A DNA stretch of 64,000 nucleotides from assembly GCA_029063895.1 (NCBI GenBank), contig JAIDNJ010000057.1, forward strand, positions 4,896 through 68,895, read 5' to 3'. The stretch comes from Muribaculaceae bacterium. Its GTDB lineage: Bacteria > Bacteroidota > Bacteroidia > Bacteroidales > Muribaculaceae. Within the stretch, counting starts at the first letter, position 1, and the number at the start of each line of letters is the position of its first letter. Shown here piece by piece: positions 29,777-37,703 of this stretch. A program made the position numbers and the translations under genes. The notes under the pieces are model-generated. The model ran no database searches. It saw only the letters and a list, made by a program, of their open reading frames with translations, and was not told the origin of the DNA.

Positions 29777-30654
29777 TACTGATTATCTATATTTTCAGAG
29801 TTATTAAATAGTTCGTCAAAACGATCGGCATATTTGCGCAAACTGTTTGCAACCTCAGTCTGCATGCGTCTGATTCGGGCGTCTTTTTCATATCGTTCTT
29901 CGTCAAACCGTACATCACCTGTCGTGCTCAAATCATAATATAGCCTAACGCCTACATCGCCGCGCCTATGCTTTGAGAATACCACATATCGGTCCGAGAA
30001 AACATTACGCGGATTGTCAAAACGTAATTCCATCATTGCGGTGATACTGTGTTTCAGTCGGTTGGAACCTATAAAGTTACCCGATTTTGTTACTTGTTGA
30101 ATTGTTAGAAAGGTCGTGTTTAAACCTCTTTGGTTTTGAGCTTTATTATTTCGCTTTATCATTGCCAGCATCCGATTTTCGGCCTCCTTCATGCGTAAAT
30201 TCTCTTCGTCCTTTATGATGCCCTGAAGTTCATAAAATGAATCAATGGCTACAATATCCCAGCCAAGGTCAAGAGTAGCTTCTATTTCAGTGAGGTTATG
30301 AGAACAATCATTACCCGAAAAACTACTCTCAATAAATAAGATATCGATATACTTAAATTTAGGGTAGCGCTGAACATAGATGGCAAGGTCTATTTCGTTC
30401 ATTTCGGCGCTTACAAATAATATACGGGCGTTGGGGTAATAATTCATGATGTTGGCAAGCATATCCAGCACAATAGTTGTTTTGCCCGAGCCAGGATCGC
30501 CAATAATCATGTAATTTACACCCTTGGGGAGACCATTATAGCTACATAGCAATCGGTCGAGTACCGTATGGGTATCGAAGTTTATGAATAGCGACTTGTC
30601 AAAATTCAAGTCGCACATTCTTACAATATTCGGGATTCTGACATCTTCAATCAT
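29776..30654 (-). CDS. RadA/Sms-like RecA-fold ATPase (no Zn-finger or Lon-like domain)
   Basis: Walker A is GDPGSGKTT (30475-30501) and Walker B is WDIVAIDSF. VTKSGNFIGSNRLKHSITAMMEL resembles RadA HVTKxGxxAGPxxLEHxVD, and SKHRRG stands in place of KNRFG. The track start at 30702 is TTG, so ATG at 30654 is preferred. Confidence 0.75.
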   Translation of the reverse strand: MIEDVRIPNIVRMCDLNFDKSLFINFDTHTVLDRLLCSYNGLPKGVNYMIIGDPGSGKTTIVLDMLANIMNYYPNARILFVSAEMNEIDLAIYVQRYPKFKYIDILFIESSFSGNDCSHNLTEIEATLDLGWDIVAIDSFYELQGIIKDEENLRMKEAENRMLAMIKRNNKAQNQRGLNTTFLTIQQVTKSGNFIGSNRLKHSITAMMELRFDNPRNVFSDRYVVFSKHRRGDVGVRLYYDLSTTGDVRFDEERYEKDARIRRMQTEVANSLRKYADRFDELFNNSENIDNQ

Positions 30655-30707
30655 GATAGCAAAGTTAGAGCTATGATATGCCGGATTGCGACATAGACTC
30701 AATAAAT

Positions 30708-30929
30708 TTAGTCATCTTCAAATATATGCTTATCTATTTCTCTCACCATGTCATCAATAAGCCTGACAAAGTGGCGGTGCTGAATGGCAACCCCAATCAC
30801 GATACCCATCAATCCTTTTACATAGAATGAGTGGGGAGGTCCTATAAAATATGCTAACCCACCAAGAATTATCGGCAGAATAAGTAATCGCAAATATTTG
30901 ACATATAAACAAAGCAATTTGTATAACAT
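30708..30929 (-). CDS. Small membrane protein (73 aa, two predicted TM helices, acidic C-terminus)
   Basis: Two hydrophobic segments are LRLLILPIILGGLAYFIG and GLMGIVIGVAI. It has an ATG start and is the first gene of the minus-strand cluster. Confidence 0.5.
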   Translation of the reverse strand: MLYKLLCLYVKYLRLLILPIILGGLAYFIGPPHSFYVKGLMGIVIGVAIQHRHFVRLIDDMVREIDKHIFEDD

Positions 30930-31020
30930 ATTGATTCATTTAAATATAAAAAGAGAAATAGTATCCCAAAACTTGAATACTTTTGAAAAAAGACATTTAT
31001 GAGATGATCTGTTTCGCCTG

Positions 31021-31028
31021 CAAAAGTA
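31021..31028 (-). promoter_or_regulatory. Candidate -7 promoter box (TACTTTTG on the minus strand) for the 30929-28192 operon
   Basis: The reverse complement of CAAAAGTA matches TAnnTTTG. It lies about 90 nt upstream of the ATG at 30929. Confidence 0.3.
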
Positions 31029-31093
31029 TGGCATAGTTTGATATTGGACAATTAAACTGTTACCATTAATCAATTGACGCAAATAGTCATGGA

Positions 31094-32143
31094 TTATGAG
31101 CTATAATTATCCGTTTTATTAGTCGAAATTGTGATTATTTGAAGCGCAATTTCATCTTTGACATCATTATCTACGCCTTTAATTAGTGTAGGACGTATGT
31201 CTTTAACTGTGAATGTCGGGTTAAGAGCGTCATATAGCCGGTTATCTTCATCTACGGTCAAAGAGTATTTGTCGCTTGTGTAAGCCACAACAATAACTTC
31301 TGTCGCTCCCTTGCATATATCCTCCAATGTCGGGCTAAAATTTGCAAGCAAATCAATTAGATAATCCACTCGGTCAGACTTCCCGTAAACATGAGTTTCT
31401 CTCCAGGTCTCATAAATCTCCCCGGCGTTAAAAATCGTTGATTCTATATTTTTTACAGGTACATTGGTTCGCTTGACTAAAGTATCTAACAGATGCTGAC
31501 GCTTTTCGAGTTTTTTCAGTTGATTAATACGCTTATCTATACGATATTGACGTTTCCGTTTACTACGATTTAAATGTAATCGACGTCTGCCGAGATTGCG
31601 CCATTCATCCGATGAAAGGTAATAGGTCATACGATCGGGTTCATCCTTTAGCTGGCGTTTCAGTTCTTTCCGGGTTTCCGCCGAGACATAAGGCAATATG
31701 CTTTTAATCTGAAGCTTCTTTACCAATAGTCCATATTTAGTGAATGACTTACGATCTATTTTATTATTAAATAGCTCCTTGGTCCGACGAGGGGTAAAGC
31801 CATAAAAAGTCATGCCCCAAAGAATGGCTCCTGCCAGTTCGGCATCGGTAAATGGATTATATTCAGGTTTGATTACGTCTTTACCCACCGTGTTGTGCCA
31901 AAAATCGCCTTCAACATTTAGGGCAAGAAGTGGCAACGAATGGAGCTCATACCATTCTTCTCTTGGCATAACGTCAAAAGTTACCTCGCCTCCGTGGCCC
32001 TCAAAATTGGTATTACGGATAATATCAAACGCCTCCTTATAACCGGCAAGACATTTTATTGAGCCTTCGTTACGGTGAGTATTTTGTAGTGCCTTGACGA
32101 TTTCGTCAAAACTAAGGGAATTGAATAATTCTTTTACGGTCAT
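31094..32143 (-). CDS. Hypothetical protein with a strongly basic central helical segment
   Basis: It has no catalytic motif. The central segment is RRRLHLNRSKRKRQYRIDKRINQLKKLEKRQ. ATG at 32143 is preferred over the TTG at 32164. Confidence 0.5.
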   Translation of the reverse strand: MTVKELFNSLSFDEIVKALQNTHRNEGSIKCLAGYKEAFDIIRNTNFEGHGGEVTFDVMPREEWYELHSLPLLALNVEGDFWHNTVGKDVIKPEYNPFTDAELAGAILWGMTFYGFTPRRTKELFNNKIDRKSFTKYGLLVKKLQIKSILPYVSAETRKELKRQLKDEPDRMTYYLSSDEWRNLGRRRLHLNRSKRKRQYRIDKRINQLKKLEKRQHLLDTLVKRTNVPVKNIESTIFNAGEIYETWRETHVYGKSDRVDYLIDLLANFSPTLEDICKGATEVIVVAYTSDKYSLTVDEDNRLYDALNPTFTVKDIRPTLIKGVDNDVKDEIALQIITISTNKTDNYSS

Positions 32144-32277
32144 AGCTATATCATTTTCGGGCAAAGTTAGCTATGAGGTGACGCGAATCGTGATACAGCA
32201 AACAAAAAGTGCAAAATAGGATATCAAACAAGTTTTACAGTAGGTTTGTTTTAATTCTAAATTATAAAAAGAAAACG

Positions 32278-32952
32278 ATGAAAGTACTTGGAATAAACGG
32301 AAGCGCCCGCAAAGGCTGGAATACCCGGACATTAGTAAATAAGGCTCTTGAGGGAGCAGCCTCTATGGGCGCGGAGATTGAACTCATTGACCTGTATACA
32401 GAGCCTCTTAAAGGCTGTCTTGAGTGTTTTGCGTGCAAACGAAAAGGCAATAAGACCGGAGGGATATGTGCCATCCGCGACAATATGCGTCCCCTGCTCG
32501 AGAAGGCTCACGATTCCGATGTAGTAATAATCGGGTCGCCCAATTTCTTCGGTTATCCATCGGCGATGGTTCGTGCTTTCATGGAGCGTTTCCTTTATCC
32601 CCTTTCTACCTATATGGTGAAAGACGGTCAGCATGTCAAACTTTTGGGCGAGAGAGTAATTCCCGCTGGAATGATTTTCACGATGAATGCCGACAAAGAA
32701 TATTATGACCATGGCGGTTATGCGGCAACACTCGGTTCTACAACTCGATCATTGCAATATGTGCTTGGTTATGCCGAGGAATATGATAGCTTTAACACAC
32801 TCCAGTTCAAAGATTACTCACAAATGGATGCAAACATGTTTGATGCTGACGATAAAATGCATCAGCATGAGGTGCAGTTCCCCGTCGACGAGCAAAAATG
32901 CTATGAAATGGGACAACGCCTTGTCGCTAAGGCTCGAGAATTGAATAAATAA
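32278..32952 (+). CDS. Flavodoxin-like fold NAD(P)H-dependent FMN reductase / iron-sulfur flavoprotein family
   Basis: The N-terminus MKVLGINGSARKGWNT and VVIIGSPNFFG are typical of the family. ATG at 32278 is preferred. Confidence 0.8.
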   Translation: MKVLGINGSARKGWNTRTLVNKALEGAASMGAEIELIDLYTEPLKGCLECFACKRKGNKTGGICAIRDNMRPLLEKAHDSDVVIIGSPNFFGYPSAMVRAFMERFLYPLSTYMVKDGQHVKLLGERVIPAGMIFTMNADKEYYDHGGYAATLGSTTRSLQYVLGYAEEYDSFNTLQFKDYSQMDANMFDADDKMHQHEVQFPVDEQKCYEMGQRLVAKARELNK

Positions 32953-33006
32953 AAGTTTGATATCATCTAAGCAGAGTATCTCAATTATCCTTTGAGCATA
33001 ATTACT

Positions 33007-33717
33007 TCATAACTCCTCCCCATAGCAGCCTTCGCTGAAATATTCAGTATCGAGCCACTCATCCTGCACCCTGCCGCCGTTACGATTGACAGTTGCCTTT
33101 AACCATTTCAAACTGTGAGGCTCAAGTTCAGTGTAATCATTTGCCAATATTCTTAACCGTGAATCATTGCTGACCGAGATTTTTCTCAAATTCCAACAAA
33201 GGGAGATGTCGAGTTCCTCGATATTGGAGTTATTAGTCAAGTCAAGAGATTTAAGATTTTTACTTGACCTGCATATAACCTTTTTTAATCCTGGCATAGA
33301 AGACAAGTCAAGATTAGGGGCATAATACTCGGTGACAACAAGTGTTTCAAGGTTGGGACATCCACTGAAATCAACATTGGAGAGCTGGGTGTATTGCAGA
33401 TATGTCAACGCGGGACAATCCTTAAAGACTACATGATTAACATCTGTTTCCCATGTGCCGTCGACAAGAGCTAACAATGAGTCGCTGTCGTCCGACAAAA
33501 ACTCAATCTCAAATGGCAACTCTTTCCCTTCGGCCGATTTGTAGTAGTGAGCAACGCGGCTCATGCTGTAGCCGGGATGATGACATAATGTAGAGTGAGT
33601 GCCGTCGCCCCAGTGTACTTCAATTGAAGTTCCCGGCTTCAACATGGCGTCAAACCACACATGATTACCCTCGGTCCACTTCAAAGTATTAATTGATATT
33701 TGTAATAAATGTTTCAT
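33007..33717 (-). CDS. Leucine-rich-repeat protein
   Basis: The C-terminal half has LRR-like units of about 22-24 aa (CPNLETLVV, LKSLDLTNNSNIEELDIS, NLRKISVSN). A TAATTTTG box lies at 33736-33743 on the minus strand. Confidence 0.6.
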   Translation of the reverse strand: MKHLLQISINTLKWTEGNHVWFDAMLKPGTSIEVHWGDGTHSTLCHHPGYSMSRVAHYYKSAEGKELPFEIEFLSDDSDSLLALVDGTWETDVNHVVFKDCPALTYLQYTQLSNVDFSGCPNLETLVVTEYYAPNLDLSSMPGLKKVICRSSKNLKSLDLTNNSNIEELDISLCWNLRKISVSNDSRLRILANDYTELEPHSLKWLKATVNRNGGRVQDEWLDTEYFSEGCYGEEL

Positions 33718-33819
33718 ATCTTATGCTTTTTTGCACAAAATTAGAAACGACCTGTCCCAAATATCGATACACGATTAATAAAATTTCTCCGGTTTAGATT
33801 TTTATGAAAAATGTTGAAG

Positions 33820-34308
33820 TTATAAAAGTTTCATTGCAATAGCTGCGCAGGCTTCGGCATCGGCGAGGGCGTGGTGGTGGTTCTCCATATTGTAGCCACA
33901 GGCGGCTGCCGAGAGGTGGAGCTGATGGCTCGGCAAGTCGAGACAGCGGCGCGAGGCGGCAAGGGTGCAATGAAATTCATAGCCGGGATATTCCATCCCA
34001 TATTCCTCAAAGGCGGCTTTGAGACAGCTCTCGTCAAACGGACGGTTGTGAGCCACAAGCGGCAGCCCCTTGATTTTGTCAACGACGCGTGCCCACACCT
34101 CGGGAAAGCGGGGTTGACCGTCGGTGTCGGCACGGGTGAGACCGTGGACTTCGGTCGTCCAGTAGGTATAGTAATTGGGGGTCGGTTCAATCAGGCTGTA
34201 AAATTTGTCGACAATCATGCCGTTGCGCACAATCACGACGCCCACACTGCATACGCTTGACCGCCGGCCGTTGGCTGTCTCAAAATCTATTGCTGCAAAA
34301 TCAGTCAT
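33820..34308 (-). CDS. 3'-5' exonuclease, DEDDh (DnaQ-like) family
   Basis: The DEDDh motifs are AIDFET (DxE), HNRPFD and HHALADAE (Hx4D). Confidence 0.85.
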   Translation of the reverse strand: MTDFAAIDFETANGRRSSVCSVGVVIVRNGMIVDKFYSLIEPTPNYYTYWTTEVHGLTRADTDGQPRFPEVWARVVDKIKGLPLVAHNRPFDESCLKAAFEEYGMEYPGYEFHCTLAASRRCLDLPSHQLHLSAAACGYNMENHHHALADAEACAAIAMKLL

Positions 34309-35210
34309 CAGTCCTCGTTATACAGTTCATACATATCTGTAATCCAGCTTTTCATGGTCTTTCGCAACGAGGGCGGAGACATCACCTCAATCCTCCCGCC
34401 GGCCTGGAGCAATTTCATTACAAAATCGTAGGTGGGGGCGACGTACAGTTCAAAGTCGGCATACTCGCCACAGTCCTCGATGAGCCGCTGGCTGTGGTGT
34501 AGCGGCAGCGATTTGAGGTAGTGTTTGTGGGCCTCGTTGGCGCGGATGACGATGCGCTCCGGCTTTTCGTCATACCCGATTACAATGCCATATCTGGTCG
34601 CAAAAAACTCGTCGGCCGAGAAGTTTTTGGGCAATCGGAACGTGTCTGAAGTCGGCTCGACACTCTCCAGCCTGTCGAGTCCATACACCTTGATTTCGTT
34701 GCGGTTGTTGCGTCCCAGCACATACCATCGGTTCTCAAACAGTTTTACACAGTAAGGCTCGACGGGAAATGTAAAACTCTTTGACATATTGAATGGCCGG
34801 TAGGTGATGCTGATGACACGGTTTTCCTTCATTGCCATGAGTATAGTCGTGAGATAGTCGCGTCCCGAGGGAATCTCGTCGACGATAATGCGGTCTTTGA
34901 GCGAGAGGTTCTCGCCGATGATGTTGCCCACAGCCCACGAGTCAAGCATCCACTTTTTCAGCCTGTTGTCGTCGATATTCTCGGGGTTGGCTATGAAATA
35001 GCAGTAACCTCCTGTCGTCTGGCACTCGATGTCGATGCCAAACTGGTCGGCAATGGCCCGGCGCCAGCGGTTGAACGTGGCGCGGTGAAGCGGACGGCAG
35101 TCGCTTAAATCTTTGTTGCGTTCCCACAGGTCCGACAACTCTTTGTGGGAAATTCTGTCGGCGCGGCGAATTGTTTCAATCAGCCATGTATATTTTTGCA
35201 GTTGGTTCAT
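34308..35210 (-). CDS. WYL domain transcriptional regulator
   Basis: There is an N-terminal HTH-like region, and the WYL core is VEPYCVKLFENRWYVLG. The track start at 35243 is TTG. ATG at 35210 is preferred because a TATCTTTG box (35231-35238, minus) lies upstream of it. Its stop overlaps the exonuclease ATG. Confidence 0.75.
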   Translation of the reverse strand: MNQLQKYTWLIETIRRADRISHKELSDLWERNKDLSDCRPLHRATFNRWRRAIADQFGIDIECQTTGGYCYFIANPENIDDNRLKKWMLDSWAVGNIIGENLSLKDRIIVDEIPSGRDYLTTILMAMKENRVISITYRPFNMSKSFTFPVEPYCVKLFENRWYVLGRNNRNEIKVYGLDRLESVEPTSDTFRLPKNFSADEFFATRYGIVIGYDEKPERIVIRANEAHKHYLKSLPLHHSQRLIEDCGEYADFELYVAPTYDFVMKLLQAGGRIEVMSPPSLRKTMKSWITDMYELYNED

Positions 35211-35455
35211 CTCTTTTTGATTTAATACTGCAAAGATAGTCAAAGCCTGTCACATTTTGTGATACAGGTCATGGTAAAAGTAAGATATTTTTGTGGAAAA
35301 AATCAGAATTGAGCAACAAAAGGCTTGAAACCTGTAAAAATTGTTGTGCCGATTTTGATGCCGATGGAATTTTATGTAAATTTGTAGCATATTCTAAAAA
35401 CACTTTGTAGATCGTTCGGAAGGCGATTGTCGAATTATTTTTAGATTTTATACCG

Positions 35456-37699
35456 ATGAGAAAGAAATTCCTCCTTACGGTTGCAATGGCTGCCGGTTTC
35501 GGCATTTCATGCAACTTGCACTCTGAAAATGTAATCACGTGGGAAACACTCGGAAACGGTCATACAGCCGCTACCGGTAACAAATATATACAACGTTTCA
35601 CCATACAGGCCGACGGCCCGTTTGAACGTCTTGCATTCTGTGCTTTCAAGCGCGGGCTGAAGTCTGCTAACCCTGCCGACACTGTAATCGAGCTGTTGCC
35701 CGGATACTATGCCGTGGCATCAGACCGTTTTTCCCAAGCCTCACCATCGACGCCGGTTGTTGTCGATCTTGTCACCGACGGAGCTTTGCACAATATATCG
35801 TTTGCTCCCGACGGCATGCATCTCGTTGCCGACGGTAAACCTGTCAGGGCCATCAACATCCGCAAGCCGATTATCGATCGCCAGTCCCAGTATTCAACTC
35901 CGACATCTGACGGCATTCATGACCCGATGACTTACGGTGCCGGGATATATGCCATCAACGATAGCCTGCGCAGCAGTCACCGTCAGGCTCCCTACATGGC
36001 TATCCCCACTCCCAAGTCAGTTAAGCTGACAGGCCGCAATGTAACCCGTCCCGATGCCGATAATGTAAAAATTGTAAAGGTTAACAATCCGCATCACGAC
36101 TATTATCGTGTATCAATCGGGGGTCCGCGCCTGACTGTCTACACCAACAGCGAAACCCCGGAAGCTGTTGTTTCATCAATCATGAGACGCGTCGATAGCG
36201 CGACTCTTCCCGACGGTCGGGTACCCGGCGCTGTTATCGAAGACTGGGCCGACCTCCCTTATCGCGGTCTGATGATTGATGTTGCCCGTAACTTTACCGA
36301 TGCCGCCAACATGAAGACTCTCATCGACCTGATGGCCGATTACGGGTTAAACGTGCTTCATTTCCATGTAGGCGATGACGAAGGATGGCGTGTGGAGATT
36401 CCCGAGCTGCCCGAACTAACCACCGTAGGTGCTCGCCGAGGTTATACCGAAAGCGACGACGTTACGTTCCTGAAACAGATATACAGCGGCGACGGCAACC
36501 CCGAGGCTACCGATACGCCTGCCAACGGATTTTATACCGTCGATACCTATATTGACCTTCTCCGTTATGCCAAGGCCCGCGGAATCGACATCATCCCTGA
36601 GTTTGACAGTCCCGGTCACAGCCGCGCGGCCATCATTGCTATGGAACAGCGATATAAAAACACGGGCGATGCATCGCTGAGACTCATTCATGACGGCGAC
36701 ACATCAAAATATACCACCGCTCAGGATTTTCACGACAATCTCATGAATCCGGCTCTCGAAGGTCCTTATAAATTCTGGGATATTGTGGTTAAATCAATAA
36801 AAGATACCTATAACAAAGCCGGGGTTCCTCTCAAAGCTATTCACATCGGTGGTGACGAAGTGCCCAATCATGCATGGGACGGCAGTGGGCCTGCTCAAAA
36901 TCTGATGAAAGAGAAGGGTATGGAACATCAGCGCGAACTTCATGCCTACTTTGTTGACCGTGTCGGTGAGATAGCCGAGCGTCATGGTGTGAAAATTGCC
37001 GGATGGCAGGAAATAGCACTCGATCACTCGGCCGATTATGACACCAAGATGTTGCCGAGAGTTGAGGCTGTCAACTGCTGGACAAGTGCAGGTGACTTTG
37101 GTAGCCGCATCGCGTCTCAGGGCTATCCGCTTGTTCTCAGCAATGTCGACTATCTTTATTTTGACCAGACTCCTACATCTCATCCCGAAGAACCCGGACT
37201 GACATGGGGTGGTATTGTCGACGAGTTCAGTCCGCTTCATGCTACGGTTGACCGTCTTTGCCCTACATCACCCGAGGTACAGAAAAACGTAAAAGGTATT
37301 TCGGCACAACTTTTTGCCGAGACAGTGAGGTCGCGTGCTATGATTGAGCGTTATCTGCTACCTCGTCTTCTCGGACTGGCCGAACGCGCCCATAACATCA
37401 CACCTACCCTCACCGACAGTGAATATTTCGGAGCTCTTACCGACGAGATGGACGGCTGGGTTGCCGATGGCCGCAACTTCTTTTTGCGCCAGCCCGGTAT
37501 TAGAGTCAATCAAGGTAAAATAGAGATGAACGATGCCTATGGCAAGGGTGAGATACGATACACAATCGACGGATCGGTACCCACACGCGACAGCGCTCTA
37601 TATACCGGACCAATCGATGCTGCCGGCATCACTCAGGTGAGAGCTCGTCTATTTTATGGTGATGCTGAGAGTGTTACAACAATATTAAATGTAGAATAA
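35456..37699 (+). CDS. Beta-N-acetylhexosaminidase (GH20)
   Basis: Motifs HFHVGDDEGWR and HIGGDEV (catalytic D-E pair) are present, with a signal peptide. Confidence 0.9.
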   Translation: MRKKFLLTVAMAAGFGISCNLHSENVITWETLGNGHTAATGNKYIQRFTIQADGPFERLAFCAFKRGLKSANPADTVIELLPGYYAVASDRFSQASPSTPVVVDLVTDGALHNISFAPDGMHLVADGKPVRAINIRKPIIDRQSQYSTPTSDGIHDPMTYGAGIYAINDSLRSSHRQAPYMAIPTPKSVKLTGRNVTRPDADNVKIVKVNNPHHDYYRVSIGGPRLTVYTNSETPEAVVSSIMRRVDSATLPDGRVPGAVIEDWADLPYRGLMIDVARNFTDAANMKTLIDLMADYGLNVLHFHVGDDEGWRVEIPELPELTTVGARRGYTESDDVTFLKQIYSGDGNPEATDTPANGFYTVDTYIDLLRYAKARGIDIIPEFDSPGHSRAAIIAMEQRYKNTGDASLRLIHDGDTSKYTTAQDFHDNLMNPALEGPYKFWDIVVKSIKDTYNKAGVPLKAIHIGGDEVPNHAWDGSGPAQNLMKEKGMEHQRELHAYFVDRVGEIAERHGVKIAGWQEIALDHSADYDTKMLPRVEAVNCWTSAGDFGSRIASQGYPLVLSNVDYLYFDQTPTSHPEEPGLTWGGIVDEFSPLHATVDRLCPTSPEVQKNVKGISAQLFAETVRSRAMIERYLLPRLLGLAERAHNITPTLTDSEYFGALTDEMDGWVADGRNFFLRQPGIRVNQGKIEMNDAYGKGEIRYTIDGSVPTRDSALYTGPIDAAGITQVRARLFYGDAESVTTILNVE

Positions 37700-37703
37700 T
37701 GTT

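Noticed and set aside
30977-30984. A plus-strand TACTTTTG promoter-like box in the 30930-31093 intergenic region.
   Set aside because: There is no plus-strand gene downstream, since both flanking genes are on the minus strand. It is probably a chance match in AT-rich DNA.
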